From: Haliotis rubra
Lineage: Eukaryota
Assembly (NCBI RefSeq): GCF_003918875.1
Contig: NW_025767053.1
Location: 434,001 to 498,000, forward strand
DNA length: 64,000 bases
Direction of reading: 5' to 3'
Position numbers and translations under genes: made by a program. A model generated the notes under the pieces. It searched no databases. It saw only the letters and a program-made list of their open reading frames with translations, and was not told where the DNA came from. This document shows positions 25,906 to 39,952 of this stretch, piece by piece; position 1 is the first letter of the stretch, and every line of letters starts with the position of its first letter.

Positions 25906-26800
25906 GGTTACTGGCAGGATCAACCAGATAAGCGTCACCTTCGCTTTGGGATTCGAATATAGCAAATTGTTTATCTCACAGATTCCTTGCTCCCTTGGAG
26001 GGAGGCGGGCAGCAAGGTCCAACTGGGGAGTCTAGATCTTCTCTCCATCCTCAATATTTTGATGGTGACAATTATACGGAACGGGCAGGAGTAAAACCAT
26101 TCATTTCTGCTGCCGGCATCAAGATGGAGAATATATCTCCTTCCCGTCTTCTTTCTTTTCCTCCTTGGCAATTGGTTAGGCCACACGTTGACCTAACATT
26201 AACCATTTAAAAAAATCAGGAATTAATGAATTACAGTATAAACAAGAATTTCGTCAATTAAGAAATAAATATCATACTGTAAAATCCTTGATTACAGATG
26301 GATCCAAGGATGGTAGCGCGGTGTCATTGGATCCAGAACAATATCTTCTCGATTACCAGATAACAGCTCTATGTTTACAGCAGAAGTAAACGCAATACTA
26401 TCAGCTCTTATGTATATTAATAGACACCCCAAATATAAACAATACATAATCTTTTCTGACTCTCTTTCGTGCCTTCAGGCTATTAAAAATCTTTCTTGCA
26501 AACATCCACTTTTATTAGACATTATTGAATTGTATAATGATCTTGCTACTGGCCAATATGTCATCGTCCTCTGTTAGTTGCCCAGCCATGTTGGAATCTC
26601 TGGTAACACAATGGCTGATCTTGCTGCTAAGGCAGCACTCAACAAATCTGTGACACCACTTTGTATTCCATACTCTGATTATAAAGCTAACATCAGATCT
26701 TATATCCGTGATCTGATGCAAAGAAGTGGGACACCCAAGTAAGTATTAATAAATTACATCCAATCAAGCCAACGATCGCTTATACTTACTTTGGCTTTCC
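25906..26800 (+). mobile_element. I/Nimb-like LINE fragment with RNase H domain
   Basis: TDGSK, FTAEVNAI, IFSDSLSCLQAI and LPSHVGISGN..ADLAAK read across frameshifts and stops. Confidence 0.85.
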
Positions 26801-26839
26801 AAAAACTTTCAAAGTCAATTTCGGCTTGTTTTGGATTAC

Positions 26840-28553
26840 AAAGACTACATTCTATCGATAAAAACTTATTTCACATATTCGTTTAATTTTTAGAAGGGAT
26901 ATATACCTTTAGTTTAAAGGTGTTTGCAAGAAATAGTGACAGTTTCATGATTTTAGAAAAATTGTTAGGGTGTATATGAGGTGTGTGAAAAATATGACAT
27001 ATCGCCGATCTGATCTGATCCGGTATTGAAATACTACAAGGCGATGTTCGAGTTTTTCTAGTTATTATTCTAAAAAACTTCTTCACATGCACCTTTAATT
27101 TGTATCAGGGGAATATACCATCAGTTGAAATATATTTGCGAGTAATAGTGATAGTTATATAATTTTAGAAAAATTGTTGGGGTGTATTTGAGGTGTGTGA
27201 AAAATATATTTGTATATATTTCTCCTTATGAATGAATTATATTTAAAACATCAATTTTAATTTTGCACAAAAGTGCAAAAATAAAGAGAGTCCAAACATA
27301 TATTTAATGCATCAATTTCTCATAGTATCATAAGAGTAGGCAAAGATAAGTACAAAAGTACAACAATATAGAGAGTCAAACCATCTAACACCCCTTGCGT
27401 GTTTTTCTTGGTATGATCCAATGTTTTGATAACTAATTAATAGCTAAGATCAAAGCGCTCATCCGTCGAATGCATTTTACTACTCTGAAATCAGAAATTC
27501 GACGGATCGGTACGCCATATGGCGTCCGAGGTACAAAGGGATGCAACTCTTGCTGGACTAGGATTCTCCGTTATATCAGACTAAGTATCGTTCAGGCACA
27601 GGTCCTCTGAAATAGATCTGTTATGTAGATGAACTGCGTAGAAACCTACAATTTTCGTCGACAACGAAAGTGTGTAGTTTAATGGTGAACACCCTATTGG
27701 CATTTTCAAGCACTAACTATCATCAACTTTGTCGTTTTGGGTAGAGCAGGGATACTCTACAACAGGGATAGATCACTCGCTTGCTTTCTTTACCATTTGT
27801 ACTAATTAGCGTGTGCCTCGTCATGCTCCAACGCACACAGTGACTTGGTTCGTTCCCTGTGCAACTTCGGCTGCGTTTAACAGTACTTCAGCCAGTGTAT
27901 TGTATCAGTCGGAATTTTACAATGAATGAATGAATGAATGAATGAATGAATTAAGAGCAAGAATTATATGTGAATGAATGAAAGAAATAAAGAAAAGAAA
28001 CAAAAGAAAGAAATACATATGTGAATGAATGAAAGAATAAATGATACACCACGGCCATCCCTCCCCAAACATGTTAAAGAACGCAAAACTATCGGTAGAA
28101 CACATGTGTTAACATCAGCTGTCCTTTTTAAACAAATCTACTTTGAGACATTTTTTACATTAGTAACTAATTCAGATATCTTATTGCATGTGTGGAATGG
28201 CATGGGCATTGACAGAATGTTAACTGACACTGTCACATACCCCTCAAACACAGAAAGTTTAGAACTATCACCAAGCGTTGTAAACACCTTTCCAGTTTGG
28301 TCACATATTAAGATCAACAAGAAAGAAAGAAGTTTTAGAACTATAACACTCAAGCATCACAAGCATCAATGGCGGATCAGAACAGATCGGCGATATGTCA
28401 TATTTGTCACACACCTCAAATACACCCTAACAAATTTTTTAGTTATAAAACTATCACTATTACTTGCAAACACCTTTCAACTAAAGGTATATTTCCCTTC
28501 TAAGATTTAAACAAATATGTGAAAGAAGCTTTTAGCGATAGAATTTAGTCTTT
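26840..28553. mobile_element. Non-autonomous element with ~230-bp terminal inverted repeats
   Basis: 26840..27080 is an inverted match of 28325..28553, e.g. AAATATGACATATCGCCGATCTG versus CAGATCGGCGATATGTCATATTT. Confidence 0.75.
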
Positions 28554-28747
28554 CTTCGCTGTGTACTGAGAATTGAAGCCAGTGAGCTACAACATGCCGA
28601 CAACTTCCCCTTATATAGTCTCCCTGGGTAGAGTGATGGGGAGGCGTGTGTGTGTGCGAGGCAGCACACGCGTGCATGCGTGTGTGCCTGTGTGCTTTCC
28701 TAGTGTTTTTTGTGCTCGCCGATCTTGTGCTGACAGTTTACTGTGAA

Positions 28748-29668
28748 ATGAGTGAGTGAGTTTAGTTTTATGCCGCTTTTAGCAATATTCCCGTGTCGTA
28801 ACTGACGTTTAGGCGTTAGTAAACCCTACCACAGTTACTTACTACATGTGACCGTTCCCATTGTCAGGGGGAGATAGTAGCTCTGGCGCTCCACTCGCTT
28901 GGTCCGTTGCAGGATACTACGTCTAGGAGTGAGGAGTCGGACGACCGTGACTCCTAACTAACCACATTGCATTTATATACTGGCACACATTCATTCATAG
29001 ATAAACGCAACACCAAATTTTATACTCACATAGTTTACTCTGTCTCAGTCCATCTCTAAATACATCTTCACCAACATGAAGGATAGACTCGTACCACATG
29101 GGGCAACTGAGTGGTGTGGACTGGCTTCCGTCACTTAAAGGCGCGCACTACTTGCTCAGTGCCAAACCTGTCGTTTTATATGGTTCGAGCCTGGCCTGAT
29201 CTTGATCATATGCCTCAACTCGTCGTTTTGATTCGTTAATCCTGTACCCGTCCTAGGACTCATGGATATTACGATTGGAAGATTATCGGTAGGTACCGTT
29301 CGGTCACTCTCTCCTTTTATTGATCTGTTGTTTGTTTCAATATAAGATTAATCTGTTATGTCTTTCACGACGAATGTGTTCTGTCTCTCTTTCCATAGCC
29401 TTCGACTAAACGCCATTCTCTCGAATCTCTGTCTGCCTACCGTGCCTAACCGTTATGACTCATGAGCAAAACTGCAAATCTAAATGCGGAATCTGATGTA
29501 ATTCTCTCATGGTTTTGGGGATGCATTTTTCACCTTATAACACCAGCGATCGCACGGAGGGGGACACCAGAAATGGGCTTCACACACTGTACCCATGTGA
29601 GGAATCGAACCCGGGTCTTTGGCGTGACGAGTGAACGCTTTAACCACTGGGTTACCCTACCGCCACCC
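28748..29668 (-). mobile_element. SINE family 1 split in two (28748..28792 and ~29546..29668) by a ~0.75-kb insertion
   Basis: The tail and the body of the SINE are collinear on either side of the insertion. Confidence 0.65.
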
Positions 29669-30079
29669 TCGAGTCTGAGATAGGTGTCAAGGCTAAAGAT
29701 ATCAAAGAGAGACTCACTAAGCACATTCATTTGTTCGATGAGGCTTTCACAGTGAAGCAGTTGGTGCTTAACAATGTCCTCCTATTCGCGGTCACTAGGC
29801 TACCCACCGCCCTATGTAATATGGATACCCCCAATCCTAACACACGCAGTATAATGAATTCAATGCAACTATTTACAAAGTATTGTGGTAGTATTGAACC
29901 CCGATATACAGTCCTGGTGACCCAGATCACTTTCATTACCGGACGGCTCGTCCATATCCCCACCTGTCACCTCAACAGTGGCTGGGATCACAACGTACTT
30001 AAAACTAAACGGTTAACAACATATGTCACACTTAATTCAGTTTAAGAGTACACTGACATCAAGGGTAACTGTAGTTATA

Positions 30080-31364
30080 TAGTATGACCAGAACTTATTG
30101 AGAATTTTAGGAATATGTTTAATTGGATTTCTAGCATAAACAACCTTGACCTGCTATCAAGTGCTTGGTTTCATTCAAGAGAGACAACTCCGTTAATCCT
30201 TTTTCACAAGTTTGTGAAGAGTTATCCCCCTTTTTTTACTTGCTAGCAGACGACATTTTCAGTGATCCTCAGTATGGATGATTTAGAGAAGAGGAAGTTG
30301 ATTTTAGAGTATTATAACAAGGACATCAGATCAGCTAAAGTGATTTCAAGTAGAACAGGCATCCCTTTGTCCACTGTTTATCGTGTTTTTAAAAACATTG
30401 CAAATGGATATGGCATTGAGCACCAGGGAGGCGCAGGTAGGTCCAGAAAATTGACTGTCGGTGACAGGAGGCGGCTTGGTATTCTTGTTTCTAAAAACAA
30501 ACGAAGGCGTTTAGAAAACTTAAGGCTGGATATGATTGATAGAGGAACTGTATCTGTCTGTAAGGAGACAATTAGAACTGAGCTGCAAGCAACGGGTTGG
30601 CAGAAAAGTCGAGGAATTCTATCACCGATCATGAAACCTGAACAAAAGGAGCGAAGGTTGAACTGGTGCATTGACATTTTAACTGGGACAATGTGAATTT
30701 CTCAGATGAAAGTTCTGTGTGGCTGTTTCCTAATACACTGAAATTCAGGACCAAACAAACTGAAAAACCTTTGTATCAGCGCCCAAAGTACAGTCCGAAA
30801 TTTAACGTGTGGGGTGGCATAACTCTGTTAGGGGCAACGCCCCTCTGTGTATTTGAAGGGAATATGATCAGTGAGCGGTACACAGATATTCTCGAGGGAC
30901 ATTTACTTCCATCTGCTCACGTGTCCAATCGAAATTTTCGGATTTTCCAGCAGGACGACCCAAAACATCGTTCAAAGCATCCACAGGCCTGGTTTCGGAC
31001 CCAAAATATGACAATATTAGATTGGCCAAGCTATAGCCCTGACCTAAATCCAATAGAAAATGTTTGGGGACTTATGAAGGAAAGTGTCAATAAGAAAAAT
31101 CTGACAAATATTGCTGAAATGAAAGAAGAGGTGGTCCGACATTGGGACAGCATGGACCACGACCTTCTAACTTCTTTGATCAGTAGTATGCCCCACCGCA
31201 TTGAAGCCTGCATTGCTGCCCATGGTGACTTGACAAAATTCTAACTATTCACCTGTCTTTGAATCTGGAGTTATGTTCTGCTAATATTCACATTTAATGA
31301 GTGAATTATTTATTTTAAATTACAATCTTATAAATTAAATTCTCACTAATTTCTGGTTGTACTG
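30080..31364 (+). mobile_element. Full-length Tc1 (DD34E-type) transposon; transposase ~30274..31244 is disrupted
   Basis: TA TSD and ~27-bp imperfect TIRs. HTH region, FSDES, FQQD(-)DPKH and SPDLNPIENVW. Frameshift near 30690. Confidence 0.92.
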
Positions 31365-31934
31365 TATCTACATGATTAATGACGTATCGTCAACATCTCT
31401 GTCATCTTCTCTATCGACATACCATATACACACAATCGTCATAACGACCCAAGTCTGTGAGGGTGTAGCTTCAAGCTGGTGGTGAGATTTGCCCTGAGAC
31501 ATCAGGATATTACATATTAACTTCACTCGGTGTTAACCTGCAGGACAAAACCAGATCCACTGACCTGATGATTGGAGGTCTCCAGAGGCAGGTTGTATAA
31601 CCCTCGTTATTACACAATCCGCGTTATAACGTCTCAAGTTACGTCTATTCACATCATTAATAATAATACAAAAAAATATCAAATAAGCCAGAAATATGGG
31701 AAATATATTTATGTGTATGTGTGATTCCTACATTTGTATTTCGACATCACTTGCATCAGGTACACGTACTTCATATCCAAACGTATGAGAGCAGTCATTT
31801 TTTAGCAATGCGCAAGTAACAGCGAATAGGACTTGCCAGCATTAATGGATTTCACGCCAGATACACACATCACTGCGCCTTAGTCTTCAACGATGACTAC
31901 ACTGAAAGAAACGTGAAAGAAGGCGGTGTCTATA

Positions 31935-33830
31935 TAGGGACGTGACATTGTGTCGATGGTGTCTACACAGTATAGGGACGTGGCATTGTGTCGATGGTGT
32001 CTGCACAGTATAGAGGTGTTATACTGTGTTGATGGTGTCTGCACAGTATAGAGGTGTTATACTGTGTTGATGGTGTCTGCACAGTATAGATGTGTTATAC
32101 TGTGTTGATGGTGTCTGCACAGTATAGGGGTGTGATATTGTGTCGATGGTGTCTGCACAGTATAGGGGTGTGATATTGTGTTGATGGAGTCTACAAACAA
32201 TAGGAATGTGACATTGTGTCGATGGTGTCTGCACATTATAGGAATGTGACATTGTGTCGATGGTGTCTGCACAGTATAGGAATGTGACATTGTGTTGATT
32301 GTATCTGCACAGTATAGGAATTTGACATTGTCTTGATGGTGTCTTCACAGTACAGGAATGTGACATTGTGTGGATGGTGTCTACACAGTATAGAAATGGG
32401 ACATTGTGTTGATAGTGTCTACACAGTATAGGAATGTGACATTGTGTTGATAGTGTCTACACTTCATAGGAATGTGACATTGTGTGGGTGATGTCTACAC
32501 AGTATAGAAATGGGACATTGTGTTGATAGTGTCTACACAGTATAGGAATGTGACATTGTGTTGATAGTGTCTACACAGTATAGGAATGTGACATTGTGTC
32601 GGTGATGTCTACACAGTATAGAAATGGGACATTGTGTTGATAGTTTCTACACAGTATAGGAATGTGACATTGTGTTGATAGTGTCTACACTTCATAGGAA
32701 TGTGACATTGTGTGGGTGATGTCTACACAGTATAGAAATGGGACATTGTGTTGATAGTGTCTACACAGTATAGGAATGTGACATTGTGTTGATAGTGTCT
32801 ACACTTCATAGGAATGTGACATTGTGTGGGTGATGTCTACACAGTATAGAAATGGGACATTGTGTTGATAGTGTCTACACAGTATAGGAATGTGACATTG
32901 TGCTAATGGTGCCTACACAGTATAGGAATGGGACATTGTGTTGATAGTGTCTACACAGCATAGGAATGGGACATTGTGTGGGTGATGTCTACACAGTATA
33001 GGAATGGGACATTGTGTTGATAGGGTCTACACAGTATAGGAATGGGACATTGTGTTGATAGTGTCTACACTTCATAGGAATGTGACATTTTGTGGGTGAT
33101 GTCTACACAGTATAGAAATGTGACATTGTGTTGATAGTGTCTACACTTCATAGGAATGGGACATTGTGTGGGTGATGTCTACACAGTATAGAGATGTGAC
33201 ATTGTGTTGATGGTGTCTACACAGTATAGGAATGTGACATTGTGTTAATGGTACCTACACAGTATAGAAATGTGACATTGTGTTGATAGTGTCTACACAG
33301 TATAGGAATGTGACATTGTGTTGATGGTGTCTACACAGTATAGGAATGTGACGTTGTGTTAATGGTACCTACACAGTATAGGAATGTGACATTGTGTTGA
33401 TAGTCACTACGCAGTATAGAAATGGGACATTGTGTTGATGGTGTCTACACAGTATAGGAATGTGACAATGTGTTAATGGTACCTACACAGTATAGAAATG
33501 TGACATTGTGTTGATAGTGTCTACACGGTATAGGAATGTGACATTGTGTTAATATTGTCTACACGGTATAGGAATGTGACATTGTGTTAATATTGTCTAC
33601 ACGGTATAGGAATGTGACATTGTGTTAATATTGTCTACACGGTATAGGAATGTGACATTGTGTTAATATTGTCTACACAGTTTAGGAATGTGACATTGTG
33701 TTGATATTGTCTACACTCTACAAGAATGTGACATTGTGTTGATGGTGTCCTAACGGACTGTGAATGCGACATTATGAAGATGATATGTTCACACAACAGA
33801 AATGTGACATTGTGAAGGTGATGTCGCCAC
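31935..33830 (+). repeat. Tandem array, 38-bp unit x ~50 (ACACAGTATAGGAATGTGACATTGTGTTGATAGTGTCT)
   Basis: Direct inspection. Confidence 0.95.
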
Positions 33831-35114
33831 CGTATAATGATGTGACACTGCTAATGCTGTGTCTGCTCTGTTGGGAATGTGACATTGTTCCCGTGAAGCC
33901 CACTATACTGGGAATACAGTCACTGTATGACACTTGATACTGATCCCGTTGGTAGATTGGCTCCGGTAACTATAGCAGAACATATGGCGTATTTACATTG
34001 TGAGCTGTAGGACGTGTTTGCTGAAAGGATGTCCCCACAATCGTTGTACATGACTAATACAGTTTGTTGGCGGTAAACACATACTGACGACAGTACAGTT
34101 GTCCGCTCACATCGTTATAGCTGAGGTCTGAATAAGCCTGAGTTTGTGTGAATATTGTTTTATCTGTATCAGAATTGTGAACCACGAGGTCGATGTAATA
34201 ATTTAGTCATCCATGCCTGATGTCGTCATAACATTACTCACTGACCGACTCCATGCCTTCCGTGCAGATCAGTTGAAGGTCCATGCAGTCCGTGGATGGT
34301 AATGCTAACACACAGGTGAGACATTAAGCTGTATATCATTTCAAACCTTTAATATCTAGTTATGTATCATTTTTATGTTAATAATTAATTCTTGTGATGC
34401 CATTTTGCTTCCATTTCTGGTGTCTACCCTGCACATAGAGATCTACGTGCAGCCTCAACAATATCGCTTCTCTTGTGGTGAGAGGGTCGTTTGTTTGTTA
34501 GAACTGGCAACCCTTAGTGGCTGAATTATACGTCACATCTTTTGATGGGGATATTTTTAACTTTTCTTGACACAAAAATTCATTCAAGATATGTTAAGTA
34601 TTATAACATAGATTGAAAAGAATGTTTTTATCTTTCAAAAGTGGAGTGGTATATTTATTAAAAACCACAGATCGTGGTTTATTTGTATTCGTCAATACAC
34701 GCTTCTTCTTCCATCTACAGTGGAGCCTAAACAGTGTACTGAAGGGTCGATCTACCAAATGCGTTGTAGCCATATCATTTAGTTTGTTGTCCTTTTTGGC
34801 TCAATACAATGGCTCAGACCTTCTGAAATAGGCCAAGGAGTGTGTGTGTATACAGTCCGCGTACCATGAACACTTGAGTTTAAATGTTCGGCTTACTTCC
34901 ACGGGGAGCCCGGCGCTTACATTACACCCCTCCATGTTGACAGTGTGCGGGTACACGACCTTCCTTCGTGCCCCGTCACTCCGCCTGACGCTCCACGCTG
35001 GGAAACCTGAGGGTCTGGCTAACACGGATATATGTCGGCCGCTGTGCAGGGTGGGGCCCTGACTCGACAAAACTGATAGTCACGTGACTGTGCCCGGGGG
35101 TAGAGCGCAGAGCG

Positions 35115-35142
35115 ATGGCAGGAAGGATTGTACTTGCGTTAG
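35115..35142 (+). CDS. RTK exon 1, start of signal peptide (MAGRIVLAL)
   Basis: gcgATGG Kozak-like context. Donor TTAG|gtgagt is phase 1 and in frame with exon 2. Confidence 0.75.
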
Positions 35143-37258
35143 GTGAGTCAGCTCTGATTTGTTATAACAGTTCAAGTCATTAAATATATCAATTGAAATA
35201 TATATTTCCAGATAATGTAACATTTCACTATAGTTGTACGTGTACTATTCCTTTAATCGCCAGCGCCTGAGAGACTGGAATCTAAGGCGTGATATGAACT
35301 TGGTACGGAAGATTTATGCTTTTAACGGAATTAAATGTATTTCTGTGTTGTCATGGATTCATAAAGTTAATGTTCCACACTGGTTACATACACACATACA
35401 ACATAAGGGAGAAGGTGTCCAAGGTTGGAAGAGGGTAATCAATAATATTTACTTCTTGTGAATGACATAGAAGGACAACCCAATCTTTACACAACCATTT
35501 TTTTTTACCCAAGGGATATACATATCCATACAACATTTGACCCAATTCATTCTCAAATAGGTTAACTCAACGTATAGAACAGATATATATGTGTGTGTGC
35601 TGGCATGGTGTGTACATTCAGTGTGGGTAGTAATGTGACACCACTCAGGAGCACTAACAACGTGGGACATGCTGCTACCTGCTAACCATACATTGGGACA
35701 TCACATCCACTCAGTCACATCTTTAATATTTATGGCCAACGGGACTAATAAACAACAAGACTGCAGTACAGCTATATACCTGTCCCCTTCCTGCACCCCC
35801 TCCCAGCCCCGCATCCCGTTGTTACCACCCCTGTATTCACCTTGCTGGTGGTGGTAACAGTCCCATGTCCCTGAGTCATCGCCTATATATACATGTATAA
35901 CCAACAATGAACTGAGTAAATTGTCAGCTATTATTCTTTTGCAACAACATGGTGTACTCTAAGTACGAAGAAGATGAATCTGAATAGAAAAATCTTTTAA
36001 ATACGTTTATTAAAGATGCAACGAAACAAATACTAAAACGTGAAAATTATATTTTCGCAATTACAAGGACTAACATATCAATGAAGAAGGCTTTATCTCG
36101 TGCATGAATCATGTGACGTGAACGTTTCAGGAAGTAACGTGAGGAGGTGAACATGGTGTTAGAATGTGAATTATTACATGTCGGTCATGCTCTGAAGTAC
36201 CTGTATTTGAGTAGACCCGGCCTACATCGTACCTGTACAATCTGTACAGGTAAAATATTTGCAATGTAGCTTGTAGGGCAAAAGAAATAGGCACCTTGAA
36301 AAACCTTGATATCATTTTGTTTTTTTAAGCGTCCTCTGAACAGGTAATACATTTATTCATTCATTCATCAGTAAGGTACATGTAGCAACGGTAATTTGTG
36401 TGACTTTTGTAAAAATGTAGATACCTTAACACATGCTTTTTATATTACCTGGCTTTGGACGTGGTCTAAAATATTCTCATTATTAATTCACTTAATAATT
36501 TTAGGAATACTGAATTGTATGATATCATTGAAGAAAACTACAAATCGACATTTCTGCTTTACTTGTCAGGTACATATAATATTTTATTAGATGAGGTACA
36601 TGGAAGTGACTGTTATTTTCATATGCTAAGGACACATTTGTTTTGTGGCAACTATTTATTATTATCACCAATTAATCCTATGCTCAACAGTCAATAAATG
36701 GTATTGTATTTTCTGTCAACGCGGAAACAACATACCCTGTTACGTCCACGTGGTATTGGAAAAGGTTCTACAAAGTCATTACCGAACATCGTGAAAATGC
36801 GACGCACGAGTGCCTTAAACCATCCTGTCCACATGACCTGTTGTGAAATACTCTTTGATACAATGCGTGTAACATCACCCATGACGCCCGTATCAAATAC
36901 ATCGCCGCCGAGGAAACATAGCTTATTTGTTTAATTCGCCACCAATATGAGCGTCACGGCAAAAATCACTTGATATATTAGGAGGTGTATGCATAAGCAC
37001 GTTTGACCTGAACTTTAAAACCCTTCAGATTTGTAGTATATCACTTTAGTTTCAAGTGTCATCTGAAATCACCAAACCATTATTCAGATAGCGAAAATTG
37101 TCTAGCTGTGCTGTATCGCGACAGAACAGTATGAACGTCTCTATATTTGGTTTGACTCTTGTTTTACGTCCTACGTTGTTCCAGACAAACCAGTGGTTGA
37201 TATAATGAGTGTAATGGCGTGCAGTCAGCGTCTCTACTAAGTCTGATCACCTGATAAA

Positions 37259-37506
37259 CCCGTGAAGGTCCGGGTTAGAATTGATCTTCAGTAACCCATG
37301 CTTGTTTGTAAGAGGCGACTAACGGGATCGGATGGTCAGACTCGCTGACTCGGTTGACACATGTCATAGGTTCCCAATTGCGCAGATCGATGTTCATGCC
37401 GTTGATCACTGGATTGTCTGGTCCAGTCTCGATTATTTACAGACAGCCGCCATATAGCTATAACATTACTGAGTGTGGTGTAAAACAAAACTCACTCACT
37501 CACTCA
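37259..37506 (+). mobile_element. SINE-like family 2, full length, with 13-bp TSD CTGATCACCTGAT
   Basis: TSD at 37243..37255 and 37507..37519. Confidence 0.88.
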
Positions 37507-39687
37507 CTGATCACCTGATCACGACAAGATGCTGTTTGTGTTGAGATCTACAGTGTGTTCAGCTACTATTTCACCATATCTGGAAGTACGCGTAATAATT
37601 GGGCCACGGTCGCAGTGATAATATACAGGCTCGTTTTTTGTTCACTTTGAATAAGAGTTAAGAGAGATTGACAATCGAATTTCTACTTATAGTCGACAGT
37701 AGAGCATTACGATTTATTGATACTAGACCGTATATGATATACAGAGGACCATGCATCTGTTGTAAATAATCACGGGCAGGAACTCGTCTTCAAAGATATT
37801 ATAGTCTGTTTGCAGTGAAAACGTACCGATGAATTTCACTCTAAACAAAAAAGTAAATCGCTTGAAGCGAAATTAAGATTGCGAATCCTCATAATTTTAC
37901 CTTGCCAATTGAACATTCAAATCTCATAATGTTATTCAACTGAGGATAAAAGTTGTTTAACAAACGATCATAGTTTCAAATCGATATTATTGGTTTGTAT
38001 TACAAGGGGGTATGCACATTAGATGAAACACCGAGAACAAGTAGGGCTGGTCTAAGTTAATGCTCATCACGTACAGCACGTGCATTTGTTTCACTGTTCC
38101 ATCTACTGCGCTTACCCCCTTGTAATGGCCTCGAGTCAAGGCTTGAGTGCTGCGGCGTAAAACGACGTCAGTATGAAGCAAATGCATATGAATGGTGTCA
38201 CTGGGTATAAAGCACGAAGTCGTCTTGCATGATCTGCCTAGTGATGTTAATATATTTCTATCCCGATCACAGAATACACTCGCTAGTCCTCACATGAACT
38301 TATGAAAGCATGTATCCATGACCACGTGATTACGTCATATGGAGTGTAGGTGAATGTTTCCCACACAGCGGATGTGAGACTGCTTGGGGGTGACGGCAGC
38401 TGCCTCCTGACACCTGCCCCGGGGGTGGGGACTGAACACTTCCTACATGTTCCGCTGACCTACTTGTGCACCTCATTAACTCCGTCACCTGACACAGAGT
38501 AAATTAACACGCAATGTGTAGAGCAAAAACTTGGATTGAGGTAAATGAAACAGAAATGGTTATGATACTGTCCCATACGTGCCTTGAAGTTAAGAAAGCA
38601 AAATCTCAGTCTTGCGCTGTTGCCTCTTGATCTCACTGTAGGCATAACAACACAATCAAAACCAAGCAAAACAAAACAAAACTAACACCCCAAAAAAACA
38701 AACAAAACAAAAAACAAAACAAAAAACCAACAACCCAAAATACAACCCCCCAAGCAAACAAAACATTCGGTAAGCACATTTCAGCCACCGTAAACGTCTT
38801 GATAGGTATTCATAATAAAGGTTTCAACATGATCTGTGACACTATTGCACTACCAGAAATATGGTGGGTAGGTGCAAAAAAGCCAGTTAAGACACATATC
38901 AGCTGAATTCAACGATATCCTTAGCATGTGTTTATGAGTAACCATCAAATAGTGATCGTACACGACACAAGAAATGACAACATGATACACAATCGATTTG
39001 AAAACAAAACAAAACAATAACCATCTTTGAACTGTTGTCTTACACTTACATCTTCACAGAAACTGATGGACCAAAGAAAGTATACAATCATGTTGGGTGG
39101 CGGAAAAACTAAATTTCAAACAAATATCAAATGGTTATACCATGCTTATTTGGTCGACACAAACTTGTATTTAGAATATTCATTTTACAGCAATTCCGAA
39201 GGTTGTAACAAATTGATAACCCGTGTATTCTGTTGGTAAATCCGACATTTTTGTATAAATTATTTTGCCCGGCAGAGTTCTTGTATATGAATGTTAGTTT
39301 GCATCTAACAATTGCTGCCTTCATCACCTACGACTTGACACAAATGTATTATTTTTTTCTACGATTGCTTCCAAACACAATCTCTACTATTTGCAATGAC
39401 AATCTCCATTCTGATAAAATGGAATATGTTGTGCGACTGTTAGTTTCAATATTTGACTGGTGGATGCTTTCTTCAACTAAAGTTGTATATGACCTTGTGT
39501 TAGTCCGACGAGGCAGTACTTCTTGAAAACAAATTCGGTTTCCAGATTGTGTATACTTTTCTGCAACTATTTGCTCGTATTTCTAGCACAACTATTCATA
39601 AAACATGAAACAATTCTAGGTGTCTGTTTACACGAATGTGTAGGAATTGACATCATCGAAACATGACATGGGCTTTATACTCCTTGA

Positions 39688-39952
39688 CCTGTGAAGATCT
39701 GGGGTAGAATTGGTCTCCAGCAACCCATTCTTGTCATAAAAGGCGACTATGCTTGTCGTAAAAGGCGACTAATGGGATCGGGTGGTCTGGCTCGCTGACT
39801 TGGTTGACACATGTCATCGGTTCCCAATTGCGCAGATCGATGCTCATGCTGTTGATCACTGGAATGTCTGGTCCAGACTTGATTATTTACAGACCGCCGC
39901 CATATAGCTGGAATATTGCTGAGTGCGGCGTAAAACTAAACTCACACACTCA
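39688..39952 (+). mobile_element. SINE-like family 2, full length, with 13-bp TSD CTTTATACTCCTT
   Basis: TSD at 39673..39685 and 39953..39965. Confidence 0.88.
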
